A DNA stretch of 36,407 nucleotides, from the IMG/VR virus record IMGVR_UViG_3300032007_000003, positions 376,029 to 412,435 of that record; one strand, written 5' to 3'. This DNA is from a virus. Lineage: Duplodnaviria > Heunggongvirae > Uroviricota > Caudoviricetes. This document shows positions 18,207-28,229 of the stretch, in pieces. The notes under the pieces are model-generated. The model was not told where the DNA came from. It saw only the letters and a program-made list of their open reading frames with translations, and ran no database searches. Numbering within the stretch: the stretch's first letter is position 1; each line of letters begins with the position of its first letter. Position numbers and translations under genes: made by a program.

Positions 18207-18281
18207 GATTTGAATTGTTTTGCTTTTGTTATTTTCGTTGAACCTTAAGACATACCAAGATGTCATCAGTTCTTAGGTTTT

Positions 18282-18315
18282 TGCAAAGATATGTTAAAAA
18301 TATTAAAAAAACAAG
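18282..18315 (-). promoter_or_regulatory. Bacteroidota-type promoter of the polymerase
   Basis: Minus strand CTTG-20nt-TATCTTTGCA. Confidence 0.72.
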
Positions 18316-18391
18316 TAAATTCTTAAAAAAGTTTTTAAAAATGATTTGATATTTATGAGTATAAATTATATAATAAATAGTATTAGAATAT

Positions 18392-18763
18392 ATGATTTTA
18401 ACTATAAATCAGATAATAAAGAGATTCAGAACCGAAGGGCAGTGTTATGGATTCAAACCCCAGACAATTATGTATATGGCAAGCAAGCTTGGCTATACAA
18501 AGAAGCAGTTTGGAGGTAAGATAGGTTATGACCAAAGTCTGATTACAGCCATTACAAGGCACTTTAATGAGGCAGTGAAGTACGATGAAGGTTTGGGTAT
18601 GAAAGTGCCTCAGAAGCCTAAGAAACAGCCTATTATGGGTGATTACTATACCTATAATGGCGAGAGGGACAATGTAGATTATGGTTGGGAGAAAAATGAA
18701 TCTATTATTAGACGTGCAATTATTGAATCGATAAATAAAGTATTAGGGGAGAAGGTTATATGA
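18392..18763 (+). CDS. hypothetical protein
   Basis: 123-aa ORF; C-terminal ESIIRRAIIESINKVL motif. Confidence 0.75.
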   Translation: MILTINQIIKRFRTEGQCYGFKPQTIMYMASKLGYTKKQFGGKIGYDQSLITAITRHFNEAVKYDEGLGMKVPQKPKKQPIMGDYYTYNGERDNVDYGWEKNESIIRRAIIESINKVLGEKVI

Positions 18764-20148
18764 TACTATATGCAAATGAGAATAATGGTAAGAAAGTTTA
18801 CATAAGTGAAAATAAGGTGTCATTACTAAGTGAAGATGTTTTTGCAAGCAAGCGAAAAGGTAAGAACAAGATTCAGTTATCATATAATAAAAGAGCATCT
18901 GATTCCATTACGAAAAATAGGGGTAATTTAACACCAGCTGAACTGCTTAATACTGGTAAGATGGACCAGAACAATTCAGACACTTACGAAGTTCCTTTAA
19001 AGGGTGGTATTATGTCTTATAACATAACTTCAATAAAAGGAACTGAGATTATGCATTATTTCAAGAACAAATATGCAAAGATGGAGGTTGATTTGAATGG
19101 TGATGGACAGAAAGAGGAATATGAGTTGTTTATGGAAGACCCAGAGTATAGGGAATTTTTCAATCAGTTCTACAATAAAATCAACACGGTTGTATCGCAT
19201 GTAACAAATGACTTATATCAAAAATCAAACGGTAAGGTGAAATTTAGTGGTGTGTCGATATATCCAGTTCCGAGTAGCAGTAATTTTAATGAAATGGTTT
19301 CTAAGCAGCTATCACAATATGTTAAGTTGGATGGGTTAAGTGTTGTTTCAATTAACCAAGGATTGTTTAGGAAAGACTTATCAAACTTGCAGAAGGATAC
19401 AGATTTTATTAAGAAGAACAAAGATTACTATTCTAGTAATATGTTCAAATACGGCAATGACCAAACAACCCACGAGCAATACTTGGATAAAACGCTTAAA
19501 GATTATTCTAGCAAAGAGGAAATAAGAAATAGGATAAGGGTGTTAGTTGATGAATACAACGCAACTTACAATAAGTTGGACATGTATTACTTGCAGAATA
19601 GGAACAAGAATAGAAAAAATTTTGTTCAAACATTGGCAGCTCATTATATGAATTTGGTTAGTAAATATAATGAATTATTTGAGGCGTTAAAACAAGGTAG
19701 GAAAAGGGCGGTTAGTTCAGATGAAATGTTCGAAACATTGAAGGGTACTAAATCACAAGTTGAAGAGAGAAAAACTGAAGATATATGGAGGATATTGAAA
19801 CCGTTCTTTAGGGGTAATGGTGTACCTAAGTTAACAATGCATAGGCTACAAGCAAAGGACTTCCAGATTAAAACACTTCCAAATGATGTTAGGATGGGAA
19901 TGAAGAACTATTTCGCTAGTAATCTTGATATTGTTCAGCAAGAAATGGAGAAGATAAAGGGCACTATATTCGTTATATTCGATGATAACATCAGTGGTGG
20001 AGCAACATTATCTGATATATGCATGCAAGCAAAACAATTGGGTATAGAATATATAATACCAATTACGTTTGGAGAAATGCAGAAGAAATACAGTTTAGGA
20101 ATGGGAATGCAGATAAACAAACCCACCAATGGTTGGAAATTTGAATAA
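18760..20148 (+). CDS. phosphoribosyltransferase-fold protein
   Basis: FVIFDDNISGGATL (PRPP-binding loop) and IYPVPSSS. Confidence 0.7.
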   Translation: MILYANENNGKKVYISENKVSLLSEDVFASKRKGKNKIQLSYNKRASDSITKNRGNLTPAELLNTGKMDQNNSDTYEVPLKGGIMSYNITSIKGTEIMHYFKNKYAKMEVDLNGDGQKEEYELFMEDPEYREFFNQFYNKINTVVSHVTNDLYQKSNGKVKFSGVSIYPVPSSSNFNEMVSKQLSQYVKLDGLSVVSINQGLFRKDLSNLQKDTDFIKKNKDYYSSNMFKYGNDQTTHEQYLDKTLKDYSSKEEIRNRIRVLVDEYNATYNKLDMYYLQNRNKNRKNFVQTLAAHYMNLVSKYNELFEALKQGRKRAVSSDEMFETLKGTKSQVEERKTEDIWRILKPFFRGNGVPKLTMHRLQAKDFQIKTLPNDVRMGMKNYFASNLDIVQQEMEKIKGTIFVIFDDNISGGATLSDICMQAKQLGIEYIIPITFGEMQKKYSLGMGMQINKPTNGWKFE

Positions 20149-20154
20149 AAAAAT

Positions 20155-20188
20155 AAAAGGTTAGGATTTCAGGTAATCCTAACCTTTT
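20155..20188. terminator. bidirectional intrinsic terminator
   Basis: AAAAGGTTAGGATT-TCAGGT-AATCCTAACCTTTT. Confidence 0.85.
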
Positions 20189-20197
20189 CTAATAACA

Positions 20198-20491
20198 TCA
20201 CCAATCTTCAGTTTCAGCATCTACTTCATCATATTCGATATTAAATGTTAGATACCATCCATTATAGGAATAGTTGCTTCTTCCTTTTAAAATCTTTCCA
20301 CCTTTTTTCTCAAGGTACTTGTTGATTTCGTTTTCGTATCCATTCTTGTTGGATTCGAAATCATCGACAAGAGATTTAGATGCATCGATATTAATGACCC
20401 CACTTGTTACAACCTCAACATCGATGCTATGCTTCACAATGTACTTTGCAAGTCTCTTGCAGTTGCTTTCAAATTTTTTATGTGTAATCAT
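20198..20491 (-). CDS. hypothetical protein
   Basis: 97-aa ORF between a promoter and a terminator. Confidence 0.75.
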   Translation of the reverse strand: MITHKKFESNCKRLAKYIVKHSIDVEVVTSGVINIDASKSLVDDFESNKNGYENEINKYLEKKGGKILKGRSNYSYNGWYLTFNIEYDEVDAETEDW

Positions 20492-20508
20492 GTTTATAAC
20501 GTATTTTT

Positions 20509-20542
20509 TGCAAAGATACGAAATATATTTGATATGACCAAA
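20509..20542 (-). promoter_or_regulatory. Bacteroidota-type promoter
   Basis: Minus strand TTTG-20nt-TATCTTTGCA. Confidence 0.8.
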
Positions 20543-20578
20543 ATTTTTATGTTAAAAAAAATAAAAATATTCGATAGC

Positions 20579-21724
20579 CTATTCCGCAGAAGCTATCGCA
20601 TATTCTAATTCAGCATTTTCTTCTTTTTTTCGTTGAGAGTTTATGTAATTTAATATTTTACTAGAATCTTTATATCTTAGCTTTATTAACTCTTCTATAG
20701 AAGTTTTTTTAAAGAAATCAATTATTTCATTTTTTATGTCTTCTTTACATCTGTCAAGATACCCAAGAGTTTTAATCCTAATCTTTTCTTCTACATGATA
20801 TTCTAATGCAGATAGGGGATTTTCAAATGTTCTGCTATCGTTACCAATTGCTAAATATTTTTTATCAGCTTGTCTAAACCTAATCATGGTCGTTGGGAAA
20901 GCATCTGTTTCAGTTCTATAGCCGTAATGTGGTTTGTCAACTAACATTTTAATAACATCCCCCAAGCGCACTAAATCATCAAATTCAACAACATCTTTAT
21001 TTTTCATGAAACATGGTATTCTGAATGAAAATGAATCTTTTTTAACGTCATAATTTACTATCCATTTTTGAATAGTAAATGTTTCACCAATTTTCATGCC
21101 CCATTCTTTAATGTATCCACTCAATGTGTTAAATGTTTGTTCAGCACTTTTTATTCTTGCTTTTTCTAATTTCTCTTCTTCTGTATAAGTTTTTCTATTT
21201 CTAAATGGGTTAGCAATTGCTAACCTAGTATTGTATCCATTTTTTATCGTATCATATTTTTCTATGTAATAGTTTTCAGAATCTATTAATTTTTCCGCAA
21301 GGGTGTTTTCTTCTAATATTAAATAAACAAAATCATTTATATTGTTTTTTCTGAGTTTGTCTATGGTTTCATTTGCGTATTTTGTTTCGACCCTCAAGAA
21401 ATCACTGCATCTTCTGAATAAATCTTCTGCACTACCAACATAACCTTTTTTCTCCTTGGTATTAAACCACATATATATACCAGAAATATGAGGAGGATGA
21501 TACATATGTGTTTTTAGCAAGTGTATATCATATTCTTTGATATATTCAATTGTTATACCATTAGAGGTTACATACTCTTCTCTATTTTTTAATGAATTAT
21601 TTGATGTAACTTTGTTACTATCGGCAATGTTTTGTAGATATTTGCATTCATGCTTATATGCTTCTAATTCATTTACAAATATACTCCCATCACTTGTTAA
21701 AAATGCCATTATTTCTTTTACCAT
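20579..21724 (-). CDS. GIY-YIG endonuclease-domain protein
   Basis: SGIYMWFN...GYVGSAEDLFRR...ENYYIEKYDTIKNGYN. Confidence 0.82.
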   Translation of the reverse strand: MVKEIMAFLTSDGSIFVNELEAYKHECKYLQNIADSNKVTSNNSLKNREEYVTSNGITIEYIKEYDIHLLKTHMYHPPHISGIYMWFNTKEKKGYVGSAEDLFRRCSDFLRVETKYANETIDKLRKNNINDFVYLILEENTLAEKLIDSENYYIEKYDTIKNGYNTRLAIANPFRNRKTYTEEEKLEKARIKSAEQTFNTLSGYIKEWGMKIGETFTIQKWIVNYDVKKDSFSFRIPCFMKNKDVVEFDDLVRLGDVIKMLVDKPHYGYRTETDAFPTTMIRFRQADKKYLAIGNDSRTFENPLSALEYHVEEKIRIKTLGYLDRCKEDIKNEIIDFFKKTSIEELIKLRYKDSSKILNYINSQRKKEENAELEYAIASAE

Positions 21725-21726
21725 AT

Positions 21727-21760
21727 TGCAAAAATACAGAAAATTTTTAATTAAACCAAA
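21727..21760 (-). promoter_or_regulatory. Bacteroidota-type promoter
   Basis: Minus strand TTTG-20nt-TATTTTTGCA. Confidence 0.7.
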
Positions 21761-21840
21761 TTAATTAAAGTATTAAATATTCTTTTAACTCAAATTAACT
21801 ATTTATAGTAAATTAAGTACTTAAAAATATTTTAAAAATT

Positions 21841-23985
21841 ATGGCAAAAAAACAATTTATAAGACATTTGGAATTCTATGGTTTCCCAGACCAAAATGGA
21901 TATGCAAGCGAATTCAATAATGTTGACTTGTCAGATATTCGTGAGAAGAATAAAGAACAAGATAAGGAAATCCAAGACCTTGAAGGCGAGAAAGCCGATA
22001 AGAAAGACCTTATTAAATTATCTGGAGAGGTTGGTACATTCATTAGTGAACAAGGACGTATCAACCAAGAATTCGCCAACTGTATCGGTGGGATGTCCAA
22101 CGATATTGATGAATTAAAAACAATCGATAGAGAATTCGCAGAGCAATTAAGCGCAGTTACAGATGGTTTGAACGATGCAATATGTAGCATCCAAAACCTT
22201 GGAGAAAGAGTAGATGACGTACAAGAAGATGTTGATGAACTTTCTGGTAAAGTTACAACCCTAGAAACTACTGTTGAAGGTATTCAGACAGAACTTGATA
22301 ACAAACTTAGTAAGGATGAGGCTGAGGAAATATATGCTAAAAAAGCCGATGTATACACCAAGGAAGAAGTGGACGCACTTATAGATGGTGAACTTACTGA
22401 ATACGCTACTAAAGAATGGGTTGAAGAACAAGGCTACCTAGATGTTAATGAGGGCGATGAAAGATACGCCAAGAAAGAAACAGTAGATGCTATTTCAGAC
22501 CGCTTAAATGATAGTGTGACTGACCTTAATACCAAGATATATTCAGTAAGTGGTGATTTAGGCACATATAAGACCATCACAGATGCAAAGATTGGTTCTC
22601 TTGAGACTAATTTCGAAGTTTTAAGTGGTGAAGTTAACAGAAAAGTTAATGCTATCAGTGCAACTGTTGAATCTTGTAACAGTAGGGTTACTCAGAACGA
22701 GCATGATATTAACAGCCTACAGGATGATATGGCTAGAAAGGCAAACCAGGCTGACTTGGAGACCTTACAGAACACCGTATCAAACCTTTCAGACAGAGTT
22801 GATACAAAGGTATCAAAGGAAGAGTTCAACACCTATAAGGCCATTGTATCAAATGAGTTTAATAACTTCGATGATAAGAAAGCAGATAGAAGAGAGCTTA
22901 CCCCAATCATCAATTCAGTTACAGATGTAAACAATAGACTTGATGAAGAGATTGCAGCTAGAATCGCTGGTGATAATCAGTTACAGTCTGAAATTGACGC
23001 AATGGATGATGATATTGACGCACTCAAGGAAAAGGATGTATTCTATGGTGAGAGATTAGACGCACTTGAGAGTGGTCTCACCCAAGAAATCGCTGACCGT
23101 GAGCAGCAGAAGGTTGATTTGATTGGAGAGGATTCAGACCCAATTACTGCCGATACTATATGGGCTGCTAAGAAGTATGCAGAAAACCAGAGGAGAATGG
23201 CTGTTGATGAGGCTAATACATACACCGATAATTCAGTTTCTGACCTTGGTAATGACATCAACCATAAATTAGGAGTTCTTGACGGAAAACTTACTGGTAA
23301 AGCAGACATTACCTATGTGGATAACACTAAGAACGAATTAAAGGCAGAACTTGAGGTTGAAATCGCAGATGCCATAACTGATGAGGAAGATAGAGCTGAA
23401 TTAGCCGAAAGTAATTTATGGATTGCCGTAAGAAATAATACACGAGCTATTAGTAGTAATACATATCACATTGATGATAATGCCAACAGGCTTAACGCAA
23501 TAACATCTTGGGACGGTTACGACCCAGAAGAATATGACGATAGTGGTAATGGAGTACTTGATGTTCTCCACAGAGAATTCCATGAATATGTAGAAAGGGA
23601 CGGTATAATAGAAACAATTGAATATGACGAAGAAAGTGGGGACCTTATAATCATATACAAGACAACAGAAGGAAGAAAAGAAACTAGAATTCACGTAGGT
23701 GATATTGTAGACCTTACAAATTATTATACAAAAGATGAGACTGACGCTAAACTCAACAAAAAGGCTGACATATCAGCACTTACAGAGGTTATAGAAAGTC
23801 TTGACGATAATACAGAAGCAATTGAAGAACTCAGTGGTAAGGTTGAAACAGTTGAAGAAAAAATTGACCAAGAAATTCAGAACCGTATTGATGATGTTGA
23901 TGCTGAAGAAACAAGGGCAAAGGCTGCTGAAGATGCCATAAATTCTAGAATTGATAATTTAATACTTGATTGTGGTATTTATTAA
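21841..23985 (+). CDS. coiled-coil tail fibre / structural protein
   Basis: Acidic heptad-rich sequence, YTKxEVD repeats, C-terminal LDCGIY. Confidence 0.7.
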   Translation: MAKKQFIRHLEFYGFPDQNGYASEFNNVDLSDIREKNKEQDKEIQDLEGEKADKKDLIKLSGEVGTFISEQGRINQEFANCIGGMSNDIDELKTIDREFAEQLSAVTDGLNDAICSIQNLGERVDDVQEDVDELSGKVTTLETTVEGIQTELDNKLSKDEAEEIYAKKADVYTKEEVDALIDGELTEYATKEWVEEQGYLDVNEGDERYAKKETVDAISDRLNDSVTDLNTKIYSVSGDLGTYKTITDAKIGSLETNFEVLSGEVNRKVNAISATVESCNSRVTQNEHDINSLQDDMARKANQADLETLQNTVSNLSDRVDTKVSKEEFNTYKAIVSNEFNNFDDKKADRRELTPIINSVTDVNNRLDEEIAARIAGDNQLQSEIDAMDDDIDALKEKDVFYGERLDALESGLTQEIADREQQKVDLIGEDSDPITADTIWAAKKYAENQRRMAVDEANTYTDNSVSDLGNDINHKLGVLDGKLTGKADITYVDNTKNELKAELEVEIADAITDEEDRAELAESNLWIAVRNNTRAISSNTYHIDDNANRLNAITSWDGYDPEEYDDSGNGVLDVLHREFHEYVERDGIIETIEYDEESGDLIIIYKTTEGRKETRIHVGDIVDLTNYYTKDETDAKLNKKADISALTEVIESLDDNTEAIEELSGKVETVEEKIDQEIQNRIDDVDAEETRAKAAEDAINSRIDNLILDCGIY

Positions 23986-24019
23986 TAAAGAAAATAATTT
24001 ACGTAAATTACAATATACA

Positions 24020-25903
24020 ATGGCAGAAATAAAAAAGAGAAAAACCAGAATGTATGAACCTTGGGGTTATCAAGAGGAAAACAACTATCAGAGTTCAGAA
24101 ACGCAATTTGAAATAGACCTCAATGAATTGTTTGCAAGTGCTGCATATAATAGTAATGATAAACAAATACACTTCTTTAATAATGATGGAAAAGAACTAA
24201 GTGGTAGTTCAATAGATACAACACAATTTTCTGCTAGTGTTGTTGAAGAAGCATATTATGATATAGACACAAAAGAATTGGTTATAAAATTTGCAAACGG
24301 AGACGAAGTAAGAATCAACATGGCAGAAATTGTTGATGAAAATGAATTCGCTGATGGACTACAAGTTGATAGTGGTGGCGTTGTTTCTGTGTTAATTGAC
24401 TCAGAAGGCGAAAATTATTTATCAGTAAGTGATAGCGGTATAAAAATTTCTGGTATTGATGCTGCTATTGATAATGAAAAAACACGTGCCGAAACCGCTG
24501 AGGAAACACTTAATGCTAAAATTAACGATGAAATTACAAGGGCAAATGATGCAGAAAACATTTTGCGTGATAATATTAATAGTGAGATAATAAGAGCCAC
24601 TAGTAAGGAAGACGAGCTTGATAGTAAAATTGTCAGTGAAATACATAATAGAATTGTTGATGTTGATGCCGAGGAAACAAGAGCAATGGGAGTTGAGAAA
24701 ACAATTAATGATACAATTGGAGATGGCTTTTCTACAATTGCTACTGAAACTGTAACGGCAAAGTTCAATAAGTTATCTTCTGATGTAACTAACGAAATCG
24801 CAGCAAGGACAACACAGGATAACCAACTTCAAAATGAAATTAATAATGAAGTAGTTACTAGACAGCAAGCTGATTTGAGACTTGAAAATCTTTTAACAGA
24901 TGAAAGAAATCGTGCAACTGCTACTGAAAGCCAACTTAATAGCAAAATTAGTACTGAGGAAATAAGAGCGAAGGAAGCCGAAGCTAACTTGAAAGTATTA
25001 ATTGATAATGAAGTTGAAAGAGCAACTAGCGTTGAGAATGGAATAAAAGAAACAGCGATATTTAGTGTCGAATATAATTCTGATGGAAAAACAATAATTT
25101 TCTTTAACGAAAATGGCGTTTTAATTGATACAATTGATGCAACTGACTTCATTAAGGATGGTATGGTTGATAATGTTAAAATTGAGAATGGATATCTTGT
25201 TATAACTTTTAATACCGATGCAGGAAAAGAGGAAATAAAAATATCTTTAAGCGATATATTTAATCCAGATAATTATTACACAAAAACTGAAGTTGATAGT
25301 TTCCTTAACAATAAGGTTGATAGAGTAATAAGTGGTGCAAACGGAAAGGCACTTGTATTCAATGAGTCAGATGGTGGTGGAGCAAAGTTCGAACATAATG
25401 ACGGAACGTATTCATTTGTTGGCGTTAACGATGCTGGTAATGGAGGAATTGATGCTCAGATTTACGCTATTGACAAAGATACGAAAAGTGGTTCAAGGAT
25501 TGACATTTCAAATGGCGGCATTTATTATACAGTAGGAAATAAGCTAGCATCTGAGAGGATGGTTGAATCCAATGAGATTGCTGTTAAGGGTGATGTTGTT
25601 GGTATTGTTGATAAGTTATATGATAAGCTTGGCTATAAGGACAATGATACACTTCAAACAACAAATGAGCACGAAGTTGCATTTGGCGAATGGAATGTAA
25701 GTAGCACTAGTGCTGATGCTTCTGGACAAACAGTTTTCTCCGTCGGTATTGGCACAAGTGCCGATGATAGAAAAAATGCTTTTGAAGTGAGAAAGGATGG
25801 TTCTATATGGGCTACTGTAGAAGGGGAATATCTTGACATTACAAAAATACTTGGTCAATTGACACACGAGGTCTACGATGCTGATACAAATGGAAATCAT
25901 TAA
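24020..25903 (+). CDS. tail fibre-like structural protein
   Basis: ExxRAxxxE coiled-coil repeats; VFSVGIGTSADDRKNAFEV adhesin-like motif. ATG at 24020 preferred. Confidence 0.7.
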   Translation: MAEIKKRKTRMYEPWGYQEENNYQSSETQFEIDLNELFASAAYNSNDKQIHFFNNDGKELSGSSIDTTQFSASVVEEAYYDIDTKELVIKFANGDEVRINMAEIVDENEFADGLQVDSGGVVSVLIDSEGENYLSVSDSGIKISGIDAAIDNEKTRAETAEETLNAKINDEITRANDAENILRDNINSEIIRATSKEDELDSKIVSEIHNRIVDVDAEETRAMGVEKTINDTIGDGFSTIATETVTAKFNKLSSDVTNEIAARTTQDNQLQNEINNEVVTRQQADLRLENLLTDERNRATATESQLNSKISTEEIRAKEAEANLKVLIDNEVERATSVENGIKETAIFSVEYNSDGKTIIFFNENGVLIDTIDATDFIKDGMVDNVKIENGYLVITFNTDAGKEEIKISLSDIFNPDNYYTKTEVDSFLNNKVDRVISGANGKALVFNESDGGGAKFEHNDGTYSFVGVNDAGNGGIDAQIYAIDKDTKSGSRIDISNGGIYYTVGNKLASERMVESNEIAVKGDVVGIVDKLYDKLGYKDNDTLQTTNEHEVAFGEWNVSSTSADASGQTVFSVGIGTSADDRKNAFEVRKDGSIWATVEGEYLDITKILGQLTHEVYDADTNGNH

Positions 25904-26017
25904 TATTAAGAATATTTTTTATGTTTGAACATATAAATTAGAAATAGAAAATATTTATTATTAACGATTTGATTAAGAAAAAATAAATTAAATAATTAAA
26001 CAAATAAATTAAAAATT

Positions 26018-28156
26018 ATGGCAAATAATAATGTACAGAACGTTAAGTTCTTGCGTAATGGTAGCGTTTTTACACCTAGTCTTAACCCTGTAAAAACAGC
26101 TCGTGAAGTTGCATTAGATGCAATGAACGGACAATTGGATAATCTTGTTGATGGTACTGCGATACTTGGTCGTTACCAAGAAACTAATGGTATTGTAAAG
26201 ACACTTGTTGGTTTTGCTTATATCAGTGATAATGCTAAGACTCTTACAGTGTTTGATGTCGATGGCGCAGGTGCTGACGTTGATGCAAAAATAAAGGCTG
26301 CAATTGATGCACTTGATTCTGATGCAACTAGTGTAGATGGTAAGAATGTCCAAGTTAAGGTAACTGAGACTGACGGTAAGATTACAGCAGTTAATATTAC
26401 TACCGATAATACTGTTAATAGTGGCGATGTTGCAAATGCAATAGAAGATGCAATCAGTGAGTTGGATGGCTCAGTAGTTGCTGAAACTGGTTTTTATGTT
26501 AAATCAGTAACAGAAGCTGACGGTAAAATTAGTGGTACAACAGAAGTCCTTCCAAGTTTGGCAGAAGTAAAGGAAACTGGTAAGCCAATTGTAGCAGTAA
26601 GCGAAGACAAAGGACAAGTTGCAGCAAGTGTTGGTACAATCAACGCTGGGTTTGTTAATATCGCAGATAGTGGTTCTCTTATTTCAGCAACAACCGTAGA
26701 AGGTGCTCTTGCTGAGATTGCTGCTGAAATTAATGCAATGGATAAGAGTGCATCTGCTGAGGATGGTAAAGTTGTAACAACTGTATCTGAGGCTGATGGC
26801 GTTGTATCTGAGACTAAGGCTAATGTTAAGGACTTACAGCTTGGTGGATATGTAAAAGATACCACAGCTACTGGTAACATTGCTTCTAGCGATACTATTA
26901 ATGCTGCATTGAGCAAGTTGGAGAACAAGGCTGCTGCTATTACAATTGCAAATGCAGATGGCTCTATCAATGTAACAACTGTGGCAAGTGGAACTGACAT
27001 CAACGTTAATATCAAGAGTGGTGAGCACATTCTTGCAAAGGATGGTAATGCAGGTATTTATACTAATATTTCTTTGAGTAGTATTACTCCTTCTTCTACT
27101 ACAGTTAAGGAGGAATATCAACTTACTGCAACAGATGGAACTAAGCTTGGTGATACCATCAAGATTTATAAAGATAGTTCTATTGTAGAAATTTATCTTG
27201 GTACAAGTGGTGACTCTGTTGATGCAACTACTGGCGTTATAACAAAACTTGACGGTGATAAGCAATACTTGAACTATGTGTATTTGGATGCAAATGGTAA
27301 TTACCAAATCACAAAGGTTAATATTTCTGTTTTCATTACCGAGCAAGAATTTGCAAGCGGTGTTACATTTGATTCAACTGAGAATAAAGTAAAGGGTGTT
27401 GTTGACCCAACTTCTGAGTCATTCTTGACTGTAGGAACTGATGGATTTAAGCTCTCTGGCGTACAAGATGCAATTGGTACTGCTATTAGTGGACTTGATG
27501 TAAGCGACAGTGCTGTTGCTGGACAGTATGTTTCACAAGTTTCAGAAACTGATGGTAAGATTGCAGTTGTTCGTGCTAACGTATCTGAAGCTGTATTGAA
27601 TAACTATTCTAAGGGTAGTGATAGTGGTTCTGTTGCTTCAACTGATACCATTAATCAAGCAATTAGCAAGTTAGAGAACCAGATTGATAGCAAGGTAGAT
27701 GCTCTTGATGCAACTGTAAGTGGCGAAACTGCTGATGGCAAGGTTAATGTTAAGGTAACTGAGACCAATGGTGTTATTACTGCTGTTGATGTTGTTGGTA
27801 CTGACATTGCTTCAGCTAGCGCATTGACTGCTGAAATTGCAGCTCGTAAGGCTGTTGATGGACAGAATGGTGACACATATGCTGCTAATACATCTTCTCC
27901 ATACATTAGTGGTGCAACAAGTTTGAATGATGCTGATGTTAAGTTGGCTAGCGCATTGAAGTCATTGAGTGATGCTACTGTTAATGAGGTTCAAGTTAAT
28001 GGACATGCTCTTGCTGAAACAGGCAACGCAGTAAACATACAGATTAGTGCTGCTGCTGGAACTGGAGCTGCTTCAACTCCAATTACGGTATATACTGACA
28101 ACTCAACTGGTGCTATTACACTTAAACTTGAAGGACTCGATTGTGGCACTTACTAA
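26018..28156 (+). CDS. tail fibre-like structural protein
   Basis: Repeated VxExDGKI and DTINxAxSKLEN units; C-terminal LDCGTY. Confidence 0.7.
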   Translation: MANNNVQNVKFLRNGSVFTPSLNPVKTAREVALDAMNGQLDNLVDGTAILGRYQETNGIVKTLVGFAYISDNAKTLTVFDVDGAGADVDAKIKAAIDALDSDATSVDGKNVQVKVTETDGKITAVNITTDNTVNSGDVANAIEDAISELDGSVVAETGFYVKSVTEADGKISGTTEVLPSLAEVKETGKPIVAVSEDKGQVAASVGTINAGFVNIADSGSLISATTVEGALAEIAAEINAMDKSASAEDGKVVTTVSEADGVVSETKANVKDLQLGGYVKDTTATGNIASSDTINAALSKLENKAAAITIANADGSINVTTVASGTDINVNIKSGEHILAKDGNAGIYTNISLSSITPSSTTVKEEYQLTATDGTKLGDTIKIYKDSSIVEIYLGTSGDSVDATTGVITKLDGDKQYLNYVYLDANGNYQITKVNISVFITEQEFASGVTFDSTENKVKGVVDPTSESFLTVGTDGFKLSGVQDAIGTAISGLDVSDSAVAGQYVSQVSETDGKIAVVRANVSEAVLNNYSKGSDSGSVASTDTINQAISKLENQIDSKVDALDATVSGETADGKVNVKVTETNGVITAVDVVGTDIASASALTAEIAARKAVDGQNGDTYAANTSSPYISGATSLNDADVKLASALKSLSDATVNEVQVNGHALAETGNAVNIQISAAAGTGAASTPITVYTDNSTGAITLKLEGLDCGTY

Positions 28157-28190
28157 ACAGTAGTGAATAAACTTTAACAATTCATATAAT

Positions 28191-28229
28191 AAAAATGCAA
28201 GGTAGTTATCGGAAGCTACCTTGCATTTT
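28191..28229. terminator. intrinsic terminator
   Basis: AAAATGCAAGGTAG-loop-CTACCTTGCATTTT. Confidence 0.82.
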
